DNA from: Octopus sinensis
Lineage: Eukaryota
Direction: 5' to 3'
Assembly: GCF_006345805.1 (NCBI RefSeq)
Contig: NC_043018.1
Coordinates: forward strand, 20,894,001 to 20,958,000
DNA length: 64,000 nucleotides
Below are positions 50,659 through 62,655 of this stretch, piece after piece. The translations under genes were made by a program, and so were the position numbers. A model generated the notes under the pieces. The model did not search any database. It was not told the DNA's origin and worked only from the letters and a program-made list of their open reading frames with translations. Each line of letters opens with the position of its first letter. Within the stretch, counting starts at the first letter, position 1.

Positions 50659-51971
50659 ACTGTTCTATATGACACATTCTACTAGTATCCGAAGTTTAAA
50701 AATGTTTAGTTAAAGAAAATGAATTATTGAGTGTGGAAACTAGATTGAAAAGATCTGTAAAAGGACATTCACTGTGTCATTCATTTCCAGTCTTCCATGG
50801 AAAGTGCCTCTTTCTGAAGCAGTGTTGTGCTGTCTATGTAGAAAGACATACAAAAACACACACAACCAACCAAAATAAAAGATTTGCCCTTAAAATTTCT
50901 GCATTTTTAATCAAAACTTGTTACTTGCTATGGTAACAACACTACCTATATGTCTAAATATATTTCTCACACACACACACATACACGTACAGCATTTCTC
51001 TTTCAACGTTTTCTCCTCTCCTTCTAAAAATAGATTGTGATGTACATTTGGATTCCTCCTCTTCTTCCCTCCCTCTACAGATGGAGATCCACTTCACATT
51101 TATGATATAAGATTATCAAAAACAGATCTCACTTGATTTACCTAATCTCAATTTGCATGGAGCAAATCCATGATATAAATTAAGGAACAACTACTCAGAA
51201 ATACAGTGGCCACATTTTTCATTCCTTCGCATATACATACACACACTATTAAAGTCTGGAAGAATTTCCACAAGCTCTTGCTTTTGAGGGCTCCAAATTC
51301 TAGCAGTTTCCTTTGATCACTCTCATCTTAGAGTTAATAATCCAGCCCAAGCATCCAAGAACCATCGGTTGGCACGGCTAGAATTAATTAATGGGGAAAT
51401 GATAAGCTGCAGGGATGTATCAAGCTCCAATGTCTGGGGTTAAGCAGAATGACAAATTAAAAAGGCAGTAAGCTGGCGGAATTGTTAGCACACCTGGCAA
51501 AATACTTAGCGATATTTTGATCTTGGCATGGTTTCTACACTCAGATGCCTCTGCTAACACCAGCCACTTTACAGAGTGTACTGTTTTTTTCCCACTGGCT
51601 CTTTTTTTTTCCAGCCGTAGAAACATTGCCAGATCAGACTGGGCCTGGTGCAGCCTTCTGGCTTCCCAGACCCCAGTTGAACCATCCAACCCATGCTAGC
51701 ATGGAAAGCGGACGCTAAACGATGATGATGACGATGGCTCCAGTGAGATTTCCATGTGACTTGCAGAAATAAAAAGAAAAAGTTCTCACAACTAAGAAAA
51801 CGAATTTCGGAAGGAAAGATGGAGATGAGTGGGTGTATATACCAGGTGTTGAAAGACTTAAGTATGAATGATGAACAATCACAGACGTCTTGCTATTGAG
51901 AAGATTTACGACTGAAGGAGACAAGAGAAAGAAATTGAATAAAAAAACCAAAATCTATACACTAACATTGG

Positions 51972-51977
51972 TTTATT
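51972..51977 (-). terminator. Candidate polyadenylation signal (AATAAA) of ATP5MK
   Basis: First AATAAA on the minus strand, about 95 nt after the stop codon. Confidence 0.55.
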
Positions 51978-52069
51978 TTAAATAAAACATTCCTCAGTGA
52001 AGTGTGTTTATAATTGTTTTATTATATAATGAGGCCTAATTATACACATGCTAATGCTGAGGGTTTATA

Positions 52070-52162
52070 TTAATCACATTTCACTTCGGCTGGCTTCTTC
52101 TTTTTTGTCATTTTCTTCAAGAGAACAGCTCCAACAATGGTACCATAAACAGCAGCAACACA
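52070..52162 (-). CDS. ATP5MK: ATP5MK last coding exon
   Basis: 116-nt intron, then ttgtag|CVAAVYGTIVGAVLLKKMTKKKKPAEVKCD*. Human is CVLATYGSIALIVLYFKLRSKKTPAVKAT. Total 60 aa. Confidence 0.92.
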   Translation of the reverse strand, partial: CVAAVYGTIVGAVLLKKMTKKKKPAEVKCD

Positions 52163-52278
52163 CTACAAAGAAGAAAAGAAAGAAAGAAAGAAACGATGAA
52201 CCCAAGGCATTTCAGTGAGGAGGGGTGGGCGGAGGATGGATGTATAACAGCGAAGGGGAGAGAACTCCATTTACTTAC

Positions 52279-52368
52279 ATTGAAACGTCCTCGACGGGTG
52301 TAAGAATTGAAATAGTATTTCATGCCGGTAAACCCGGTTTCGGCCTCTGAGAGAAATCCGCCAGCCAT
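52279..52368 (-). CDS. ATP5MK: ATP synthase membrane subunit K (USMG5/DAPIT), first coding exon
   Basis: Acceptor ttttggaag| at 52378, 9 nt of UTR, then MAGGFLSEAETGFTGMKYYFNSYTRRGRFN|gtaagt. Human is MAGPESDAQYQFTGIKKYFNSYTLTGRMN. Confidence 0.93.
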
Positions 52369-52414
52369 TGTAGTAACCTTCCAAAAAAAAAAAAGAGTAA
52401 GAAAATATAAATAG

Positions 52415-52800
52415 GCGCAGGAGTGGCTGTGTGGTAAGTAGCTTGCTAACCAACCACATGGTTCTGGGTTCAGTCCCACTGCGTGGCATCTTGGGCAAGT
52501 GTCTTCTGCTATAACCCTGGGCCGACCAATGCCTTGAGAGTGGATTTGGTAGACGGAAACTGAAAGAAGCCTGTCGTATATATGTATATGTTTGTGTGTC
52601 TGTGTTTGTTCCCCTAGCATTGCTTGACAACCGATGCTGGTGTGTTTACGTCCCCGTCACTTAGCGGTTCAGCAAAAGAGACCGATAGAATAAGTACTGG
52701 GCTTACAAAGAATAAGTCCCGGGGTCGATTTGCTCGACTAAAAAAAGGCGGTGCTCCAGCATGGCCGCAGTCAAATGACTGAAACAAGTAAAAGAGAGAG
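52415..52800 (+). mobile_element. SINE family A immediately upstream of the ATP5MK acceptor
   Basis: Full copy; its head lies about 36 nt from the AG at 52378. Confidence 0.88.
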
Positions 52801-55059
52801 TATAGCAAATGAATAAACTGAAAAATATGTTTTATTTTGGTATTTGGTTTGCAAGATTTTTTATATGAACACGTGTTGAAACAAGTTTTGTTGTATCTTG
52901 GAAGGTCATTACACCAGCAATAAACACACACACACGCACAGGTTTAACTTGCCTTCGTTTATTCATTTAGCATTTAGCGTCCACTCTCCATGCTTGCATG
53001 GGTTGGACAGTTTGACATGGAGCCGGCTAGCAGGGAGATGTCCAGGCTCCAGCTATCTGTTGTAGCATGGTTTCTACAGCTGGATTCCCTTCCTAACGCC
53101 AACCACTCAACAGAGTGTGCTGGGTGCTTTTTATGTGCCACCAGCACTGGTGCCTTTTAAGTGGCACCGACACCTGAAAGGAGAAACCTGTATATGTGGA
53201 AAACAGTGATTTTACTTAGCTTGATGCCTGGCGCAGCCTTCTGGCTTCCCAGACCCCAGTTGAACCGTCCAACCCATGCTAGCATGGAAAACGGACGTTA
53301 AACGATGATGATGATGCGTCTTATCAAGTACAGCAAATCGTCGTATCCCCTGGTCCCCTTATCATTTCTTCACTGAGGCCCAGCATCTGGAGATCTTTTC
53401 TCACCACTTCGTCCCTGTTATTTAACTGAACAACAAATTGATCCCTTGCTTAATCTGTGGATTAATCAATCAGTTGCCTGTCCAAGTCCTTTCCTTACCA
53501 TTCACAACCTCAGCAATAACATGCCCTCTCTTCTCCATAGACGAGGTTGTGAACGGTGATAAAAAGGGCTTTGACTGACAACTGATTGATTGTTTAATCT
53601 ACTGATTAAGTAAACAACTGACCAGTTGGTTGGTTAACTAATAACCAATTAACTAGTAATAAAGACTGGGAGGTGTGGCGATTTGCTGTACTTAATGTCT
53701 AAGTAAAATCGCTGTCTTCCACACATACAGGACTGTCTTTCAGGTACCAGTGCCACTTGAAAAGCATCCATGCTGGTGCTATGTAAACGCTCCCGTGCTG
53801 GTGGCACATAAAAGGCACCCAGCACACTTAAGTGGTTGGTGTTAGGAAGGGCACCAGCTGTAGAAATCATGTCACAACAGACAGTTGGAGTCTGAACAGC
53901 TCCATGTCAAACCATCCAACCCATGCCAGCATGGAGACTGGACATTAAACAATGATGATGATGATAATGAAAGAAGTGAAACTGAATCAGTGCATGTGTT
54001 TATTATTGGCGTAATGACCCAAGATAAAACAAAATAAGAAAGAAATAAAGTTTCTTTTTCTAAATGTAATCTTCCTCCTCGCCTACCATCTTACTAGCTT
54101 ACTTCTCCAAGGCACCATCCTACAGCATTTCTGTCTCCCCCAATCTGATTCTGCTACTTCCCATATCTCCCCTCCCAAAACACCTTCCTTCCTTCAGACA
54201 TGACTGCAAGCTGTGTGACCCTCTTGTTCTGTCATCCTTCACTACACCCAACTTACATTCTTTGCCTGCTCTCACTCCAACTGTAATACCTGGTCTTTCA
54301 TCAACCAACAGCTATCTGCACAAAAAAAAATCGATTTTTTTCTCAAAACTATTGTAAGATGATGAAGGCACATGGCTCAGTGGTTAGAGCATCGAACTTA
54401 CAATCATGAGGTTGTGAGTTCAATTCCTGGACCAGGCTGTATATTGTGGTCTTGAGTAAGACACTTTATTTTCCCATTGCTCTAGTTCACTCATCTGTAG
54501 AAATGAGTTTTGGCATCACTGGCGCCAAGCCGTACTGGCCTTTACCTTTCTCTTGAACAACATCGATGGCATGACGAGGGGAGGCTGGTATGCTTGGGCG
54601 ACTGCTAGTCTTTCACAAACAATCTTGCTCGGACTTGTGCCTAGGAAGGGAACTTTCTAGGTGCAATCCCTTGGTCATTCATGACTGAAGCGGGGGTTCT
54701 TTACTTTCACCCTAAGATAAATTGCTGGTGTGCACGACAAGTACATAGACCTTAAATTAGAGCAACAATTCAAACTGTATGCATGAACATACCTACAAAC
54801 TATTCTATATAAACTCAGGGTTTCTATAGCTGGAAGCCATTTCTAACATCAACCAGTACACGGAGTGTACTGGGTACTTTTTTTTTTTTACCACACTGGC
54901 TCTAATGAGATCTCCATGGAACTACAACCCCTTGACTGAGTGGGTCTACAGTGGAGAAGGAGTTAATGTATAGAGGGACAGGCAGAGGTGTCTTTCTGTA
55001 GAGGCAATAAGTGGCCACCCCATATTATAAAAAGTGGGTAGGAGTAGCTGGAAAGAAGA

Positions 55060-55260
55060 CAGTGATGAGATGTCAAAGCGTACTCTCAATAAATGTAAGT
55101 AAAAGAGAGAATAGGGACCACGACTGAGAGAGGGCAGGTAAATAAGTTCATTAGAGTGTGAGCGGAGAGTGACAGATGGCTAGTGATGAGGGGTAGGAGT
55201 GGTCCATATTCTCTCTTTTACTTACATTTATTGTGAGTACGCTTTGACATCTCATCACTG
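55060..55260. repeat. 62-bp inverted repeat with 77-bp spacer
   Basis: 55060-55121 is the reverse complement of 55199-55260 with few mismatches. Confidence 0.85.
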
Positions 55261-57789
55261 CCTTTGCATTAATGGCAGCACTTGCAATGCCACTGGTTCT
55301 ACACTGTATCAGCCTTTGCTTTTCTCATGAACAACATCGGTAGCGTGAAGAAGGAAGGCTGGTGTGCATGGGTGACTGCTGGTCTTCCATAAACAACCTT
55401 GTCCAGACTTGTACCTTGGAGGGTAACTTTTTAGGTGCAATCTCATGGTCATTCATGATCGAAGGGCGTCTCCTCTCTAGTGGGGGGCATTCAAGAAGTA
55501 TTTAAAAATTATGAAAGGTCACGATTACAAAAGTTTGTAAGAAACAATATTTGAAGGGGACCAGGAATTTTGTTTTTTTCTCTCTCTCGCAAAAAACCCA
55601 CTCAGCTAATGAAACAGAGTACCAGGTTATATATTATACTAAATAAACAGTGAATGACAAATTATTTGCATCTCCAAAGCATTTTCATAAGTCTGTCCTA
55701 AACATCCACACTTGTTTCATACATTTAGTGTAATAAAAAGCTTTCCTTTCATGGGTCCCAAGTTACTCTGGTCATTGAGAAAAAATTGGGAATGTGTATC
55801 ATATATGATGCATGGATGCCAGGGATACATGTCCTCTGTGTCACAAATGATATACAGGAGAGGCAAGGGGTTTAAGAGGTTCTGTAAGAAGAAGAAGCAG
55901 TTTTTGTGTGACATTGGTGAGTTATGTTAAACAAAACATGTCTTTGTTGAAAGGCTATCTGTGATATTAGCTCTTTGCTTACCCAAAGCATTCTCATATG
56001 TTAGTCCTAAACATCTGTGCTTGTTTTCAGATATTTAGTTAGACCTTGCTTCTAAGTAATATAAAGCTTTCCTTTCATAAGTCCCAAGTTATTCTGGTGT
56101 TTAAGAAAAAATTGGGACTGTATTATATATGATCCATAGATGCCAGAGAAAATGTCCTGTGCATCACGTCACACACAGGACAGACAAAACAACAGACATA
56201 CATGACGTGAGGAATAATTAAGAGAATGTGCATCCCTGTTTTGAGGACTTATTTACAGGTTTTTTTCTTTTTTTCCCCCTCCCTTCTTACTGTTTACTTT
56301 TAGAAATGTCAATGAACTTTGACATTAACCCTGTTATGTGAAGAATTAAGTGAATTCAAAGATCAATTCAGTTTTTCTTTTCTTTTTTTCCCCCCTGAAT
56401 TATTGCAAATACCTTTTCACGAATAGACTTTTTTTAAAAAAATACACCTGGTGAGAACTGAAGGCGAGCTAAAAGCACTTGACCCTTTTCGCAAGTTCTA
56501 AACGTCTATTACCTGTTTTCGAACATTTCATCAACCCTTGTTTCATACGTCCTGAATAATATAAAGCTTTTTCTTTTCATGAATCCCAAATTACTTGGGA
56601 ATGTGTATCGAATATGATGCATGGACACCAGAGAACAGATCTTGTGGAGCACATATGATACACAAGACGAGCAAAGGGTTAATAAGTACGTTATGACATT
56701 TCGGGAAATTTTAACGGGGTTATCATTGCGTCTTTTTTTTTTTTTTAGAAGACGGTAGAATGTGATTCGGGGGATATTTTACTTCTATTCGTATCAGGTT
56801 TAATAATTGCAAAGCGGCTTCTTTGTCGGTTCGTTTGAAGGTTACGTTAAGGATACTACAAGTGTCTGCGGAATTCTCAACCAATAACACTATTTATTCA
56901 ACGAGTAACTTATCCTGGCGATCGAATAACTGAATATTTACTCGCTGGATTTATTTACTTCTAAATAAAAAAATAATGTAACATATAAAACGATTACATG
57001 TGATGTTACGAATTCAACAGTCGAGTTTGCGCCACCCCAAAAAACATTTCAAGAATTATAAAAGAAAATTATTCCTGTAAACTTGAATCTGAATTTTCAG
57101 ATCATACCATTCCCGTTTTGGCAAGACCTTAAATCAAAATAAAGTCGGTTATATTTGATGAGGGAGAGAGAAGAAACGATGGCAGGTGCCCTTCAAGTTT
57201 TCCTGTTCAGAAATGTCCTCTAAATAACATTTTAATTAAGGGAATATAAGTAATAAATGTGCATTGCAAAATATATGAAAACGTAAGCATAATATAGAAG
57301 GAAACCAATATACATATGCATTTAAGTTTTGCCATAAATGATGGTAATTTTATAAGTATTCTAGACGTACCTTGAAACAATTTGTCTTCAATTAAAGGAG
57401 CAGCGACCTGGAGACTTGGCTTCTATATCTGCTGTACGAAACTACGAAATGATTATAGTCATTAAAAAAGTTGTTATTGTTATTTATCATATTTGTAATT
57501 TAGTAATTTATTAATAACAATCTTAAAAAACATTAATTTGTATAAATAAATTTAATGAGTTGATTAAAAAAAAAATAGCAAAAATTCGAAAGTATTGTGT
57601 TGTAACTCAACACGCTTTCCGTATATTTTGTATAAAAAGCTCTTTTACGTAACAGTGACAGGATGTTGTCTCAGTTTTTAGATGCAGCAAATGATTTTAG
57701 CCCAAATACAGGCGATTTATTGGTTAAAATTCGAAAAATTAAACTACGTTAAACAAACAAATTACAAATTTATCAAGAAAGCCATGTGA

Positions 57790-58471
57790 AAATAATGTTT
57801 TCTTTTGATACATTCTACCAGTATACGAAGTTTTAAAGTGTTTAGTTAACTAGAAATTGTGTTGAAAACTGCCGTTCAAAAGGAAAAGATCTTTTCAACA
57901 CAATATCTAGTTAACTTAAACACTTTAAAACTTCGTGTACTGGTAGAATGTGTGAAAAGAAAACATTATTTTCGGATCTTTTCCTTTTGAACGGCAGTTT
58001 TCAACACAATTTCTAGTTAACTAAACACTTTAAAACTTCGTATACTGGTAGAATGTGTCAAAAGAAAACATTATTTTCACTTAATGTTTTCTTTTGACAC
58101 ATTCTACCAGTATACGAAGTTTTAAAGTGTTTAGTTAACTAGAAATTGTGTTGAAAATTGCCATTCAAAAGGAAAAGATCCCATAAAAATTGTTATTTTG
58201 CTATAATTGCATTTTAGAAGTTTGTTAATAACTGTCTTGAAAATATCAATATTTAAATAAACTTAATGATTTAATTAGATAACATCTGAAATTCGAAAAT
58301 ATTAATTGTGTACTAACTCAATAGGAAAAGATCCCATAAAAATTGTTATTTTGCTATAATTGCATTTTAGTAGTTTGTTAATAACTGTCTGAAAATATCA
58401 ATGTTTAAATAAACTTAATGATTTAATTAGTTAACATCTGAAATTCGAAAATATTTGTTGTGTACTAACTC
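57790..58471. repeat. Alternating inverted copies of a MITE terminus followed by a tandem duplication of about 150 bp
   Basis: A unit of about 100 bp in F-R-R-F order (57790-58181), then 58170-58320 repeated at 58323-58471. Confidence 0.85.
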
Positions 58472-58473
58472 AG

Positions 58474-58562
58474 CACGTGAATTAGAACCGGAAGCAGGAA
58501 GGCAGCAATTTACACCACATGTTCAGTGGAACCAAACAGTGACGAACGATGTATGAACAGGT
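58474..58562 (+). promoter_or_regulatory. Candidate PDCD11 promoter / first exon
   Basis: CACGTG (58474), ACCGGAAG ETS-like motif (58487) and a CAG|GTATTG donor at 58560/61, in non-repeat DNA between the divergent genes. Motif-only support. Confidence 0.3.
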
Positions 58563-58630
58563 ATTGTGATGGTTTTAATCAGTTATTTTACTTATAAATT
58601 GTTGTCATTCGGAGTAATAATCATGTTTTT

Positions 58631-59050
58631 GGCGATCTTTCGTCTCTAGTAGACCTTTCCGTCGATTTCCGTAAAATATTTTTTTTTTACATATGGGCTT
58701 GCGGGAACTTTTGAAGTAATAGACATACATATACACATACACCGAGTAAAAAATTTCAGTTATCTCTTTCTTTCACACATTACTCTGTCTCTTCACACAC
58801 ACTAACAGAAGCACTTCACTTACACAACATAATGTCTATCTCCCACACTCCATCAAACACACACACACACACATGTACATCAATGCTTCCCCTGGACGGT
58901 AACTTCAAAAGAACTTCCCTCGTCATACAATCGCTTTCTCTTAGTCTCTTTCGCTCTCATTACTTCAAAAGTTCCCGCAAGCCCATATGTAAAAAAAAAA
59001 ATTTTTTTACGGAAATCGACGGAAAGGTCTACTAGAGACGAAAGATCGCC
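58631..59050. mobile_element. MITE with about 85-bp TIRs and 9-bp TSD (Merlin- or MULE-like)
   Basis: TIR GGCGATCTTTCGTCTCTAGTAGACC...; TSD CATGTTTTT / CATATTTTT (1 mismatch). Confidence 0.85.
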
Positions 59051-59179
59051 CATATTTTTAAAGATCCTATTGTTTATGAAATATTGAAAGATTATTTTTT
59101 AATGATTTGATATGTAAAAAATAGATTTAAAATATCCAATGTTACAACGTGTTTGCATTAGTTTAATAATAATAATAAT

Positions 59180-59515
59180 GAAATTATTGTATACAGTGCT
59201 CAGGTGCCCCACAACTTGTCAGAAAGAGCGTATAAAGTCTGGAAAGCGTACATGCTTGTTGTGTGTGTATGGAGGGGAGAAGATCAGGTGTAGTGTTGGC
59301 GAATCTCAGAAAGCATAGAAGTTTTGAAGGATGCAGTGCTCCGACAACTAACAACTGATGCCGGCAGTTTGTTCCATGCTTCAGCAACTCTCAGCGTGAA
59401 AAAAATGTTTCCTAAAGTCATGGGAGCTGTGCTGTTTTCTGACTTTGTATATATGTCCACGGGTGTTAGATGGGTGGAGTATGAAAAGGTGCTCAGAGTT
59501 ATTTATGCGACGTTA
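59180..59515 (-). mobile_element. CR1/L2-type LINE 3' end
   Basis: SNTRGHIYKVRKQHSSHDFRKHFF-LRVAEAWNKLPASVVSCRSTASFK. Confidence 0.8.
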
Positions 59516-59704
59516 AGTCGGGAGACAACGAAATCGGTTTCAGGAATCCACAAAGAAAATTGTCAGCATGCTAATTCATTATATACTGTCATCAGCCGTT
59601 CACCTGATGGATGAATGGTTGATGACAGTTTTAAAATATAGCAAAATACAATCAATACATAGGCCATCGTAATACTGTAAATGAATGGAAGATTCATTCA
59701 ATAT

Positions 59705-60053
59705 TTGATCGAACTTGGCACCCGGCAGATGCCAGGACCCCTGGACTGGTGGTACGTAAAAAGCACTATCCGACTCGTGGCCGATGCCAGCGCCGCCACG
59801 ACTGGCTTCTGTGCCGGTGGCACGTAAATTGCACCAATCCGACCGTGGCCGTTGCCAGCCTCGCCTGGCACGTAAAAAGCACCCACTACACTCACGGAGT
59901 GGTTGGTGTTAGGAAGGGCATCCAGCTGTAGAAACATTGCCAGATAAGACTGGAGCCTGGTGCAGCCTTCTGGCTTCCCAGATCCCCGGTCGAACCGTCC
60001 AACCCATGCTAGCATGGAGAACGGACGTTAAACGATGATGATGATGATGATGA
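59705..60053 (+). mobile_element. (GAT)n-tailed short interspersed repeat family E
   Basis: Ends CCAACCCATGCTAGCATGGARARCGGACGTTAAACGATGATG. About a dozen copies (e.g. 9590-9870 -, 10010-10240 -, 26855-27060 +, 27745-27990 -, 30095-30335 +, 51480-51735 +, 53740-53970 +). No clear tRNA head seen. Confidence 0.8.
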
Positions 60054-60060
60054 AGTTATA

Positions 60061-60195
60061 AGTGGTGAGAATGTCGTTGTTCAGATTGATGGATCTCTGT
60101 TTCTAAAATGCAAACATGATGTTGTTATGGAGCATTCGATTGTCAAAGTAGTTGGACACGCAATCGGAAAGGAAAGGGCCTTTTACCTTTCTTAG
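60061..60195 (+). pseudogene. Possible decayed Merlin (IS1016/IS1595-like) transposase fragment
   Basis: SGENVVVQIDGSLFLKCKH resembles the GxxVxIDESxFxKRKY first-Asp motif; short and degenerate. Confidence 0.4.
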
Positions 60196-60965
60196 GGCCA
60201 CCTAGATTGACGAGATAAATGCCATGGTATTTGTAAACATTAACCAATGCCGTTAATGTTCCTCTTGAATATCTAAAACAAAACTTCCACAAAGTGGGGC
60301 TTCAAGAAGCCGGCGTTCGTTGTGGTGAGTGCAGGGTGGGTTTCAACGTGGAGTTGATGTGAGGAAAAACGAGCTAATCGGGGAAACCTGGGTAGAGATT
60401 GTATGAACCAAGCCGTGGATCAGAGGCTATTATAACAGTGGGAGTAAAAGCAAAGAGAGGAGACTGCACCTCTAGGCCAAAAGTAGGAGTGTGTCTCTGG
60501 ATGTGGTCTAGGATATTTGTCTGTGGAGCAGGAGCTGTATCCTAAAGGTGAGAGCAACATTTCGTTATGGACCTCACTTGAGCTTTGTAGAGAAACAGTA
60601 ATTGCTGGCATAGAAGCGTCTTTTGGCCCTAAAGAGGGGGTTAGTCAGGTTACTAATTGAGTGTGTGTGTATGTGAGGAAGTTCATTTGGGCGACAGAAC
60701 CGAAAGACCCTCACAAAGCATCAGCGGTGAGTTCAGGAGACACCCAAACAGAGACAGAATAGATTTGATGATATGCGAAAATGAGCATCTGTCAGTCTCA
60801 GGAGTCACCTGAGCATAGAATACATCAATTCACAAGTGCTTCCGTCCCACAGACTCAGGAGGTAATGATGTGCTTTTCAATTCAAATGCCTTCAATTTCC
60901 AGTGAGTCTTAGTTTTGCTGTAACCCTCAACAAATCGCAAGGACAAATGCTTTTGGTTAAGAGTT

Positions 60966-61186
60966 TATGAGGGGGTGCTGAAAAGTTCCTGGCTTTGGGT
61001 AAAAGAAACTACATGAGGAGCAGATTACTATGATTTTATTTAACATATTCCCCTCTCAGATTCACACGCTTATTGCAGCAGTCCTTCAGTTTTTCTAAAC
61101 CCTACAAAAGAACGCAGAAGGTTGGACCTCCAGCCAGGCCTTTCACGATACCCTTACAGCCAGGAACTTTTCAGCATTCTCTCTTA
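60966..61186. mobile_element. Mariner-type MITE
   Basis: TA + TGAGGGGGTGCTGAAAAGTTCCTGGCT ... AGCCAGGAACTTTTCAGCA(ttctctct)TA. Confidence 0.75.
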
Positions 61187-61572
61187 CACCTTGAAGAGCC
61201 CTGCTTCGCCCATGGTCACCTCTATGTTGGACGTTTAAAATAAGAAGTAAGAAAAATCTTTACATCGGTGGTGCCCCAGCATGGCCGCGGCCTTCGGGCT
61301 AAAACATTTTTAAGGATTTAAGGATCTCTGCGTCAAATGGAAAAACAAAACCACTTTATAAATTTCCCCAAATAATGCAGAAACCCATCCTGATCCAGAG
61401 GCTTATCCATTGTGGAAGACATGGTCCGACATGGAATCATCAATAATATTAATTTTGGAGGTGTCTTCAGCTCTGGTGTTGAATGCATATCTTCTTTCTT
61501 CTGTTCCCTGGCCTCTTTGATGTAGTGTCAATGAGTGTCAGCAGGCGACTGCTTGTCTTGTCAAATTTCCCT

Positions 61573-61801
61573 TTAACCCTTTCGTTACCAACCCGGCTGA
61601 AACCGGCTCTGGCTCTGTTGTACAAATGTCTTGTTTTCTTAAGTTTTGAATTAAAATCTTCCACCAAACCTTAGTCACAATTCATGTTCCTAACATTAGC
61701 TTAATGATAACAAAGTTATTTTACTAAATTCTTTGTTATATTTAAAGTAATTGAAAGAAACACAGAGCATCTCAAAATAAATACAGTAATGAAAGGGTTA
61801 A
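61573..61801. mobile_element. piggyBac-type MITE P2
   Basis: TTAA|CCCTTTCGTTAC...GTAATGAAAGGG|TTAA. Confidence 0.85.
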
Positions 61802-61802
61802 A

Positions 61803-62189
61803 TCTTTATATATAAAAATCAAGTTGTGTGTCTGTCTCCTACGATTTAGATTCCTAACTACTCCCACATTTTGCGGTGCAGTTTAACCAAAACCGGGTAT
61901 CTTATAGTCGTGATTCATATCGAGCCCTTCTGGGTATTAGCGCGCGTCTACAATTTTAAAAATAATTTACCATCATTTTTTTCCATTTTAATGCATTTTT
62001 TCGCTATTATATAAGGGAAGTAACTCTCTAAAAATGTCTATGATGAGTCAACGATTTAAAAAAAAAATTTACCATCTTTTTTTTCCATTTTTAATGCATT
62101 TTTTTGCTATTTTTGGGCTATAACTCTCTAAAAATGCTTACATAGTTATTTCCCTTACAAACCCGAGCAATGCTGGGCGATACTGCTAG
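61803..62189 (+). mobile_element. Helitron-like element H1
   Basis: Same termini; abuts the end of the piggyBac-like MITE at 61801. Confidence 0.85.
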
Positions 62190-62655
62190 TACATACTATT
62201 TAGAGTTTTCTTTGTGGGAGCTGTCAGTGTCCATGTTACCAAACCACAAACTGAAATTCGCTCAGTTGCAATCTCTGAGGAAATCTATTTTAATCTTTCA
62301 TGGAAGATTAGATTTCCATATCTTATCCAAACTGTGTTACTAATCCTGGTTTCCAAATTCACTCTTGAATTTGGAGATTTGACTTCCAAAATATTTGTAA
62401 TTATCTACTTTCTTGAAGTATATCTATATCCAAGGAATCTAATGCTCTTAGCTTAGTTTTTCCTTGGGGCTGGCCGGATTGGACCAATCTCAAGATTAAT
62501 CAGCCGAAATTGTGAAGATAATCTGGTGCTTGACTGAAGAAAGAAAACTTCGAATGGCCCGTTCTTGTTTTCTTTGTATCGTCAACCTGGATGTTTTGCG
62601 TTCTTGTCCCATTTTGTATTTATATATATATATATATATTTTTTTTTTCATTTAG

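Noticed and set aside
57061-57230. Non-coding first exon of ATP5MK ending at ATG|GTATGA (57108)
   Set aside because: Only a plausible donor motif; cannot be supported without transcript data.
58519-58560. Selenocysteine or stop read-through at TGA 58540
   Set aside because: RRP5 is not a known selenoprotein, the upstream peptide has no homology, and no SECIS can be assessed.
59560-59660. CTGATGA/TTGATGA motifs as hammerheads
   Set aside because: No GAAA in register and no stem I or stem III; similar isolated CTGATGA hits at 22074, 33376 and 35447 were also discarded.
62465-62560. GGCTG...CAGCCGAAA as a hammerhead
   Set aside because: The upstream CUGANGA core is not recognisable in this copy.
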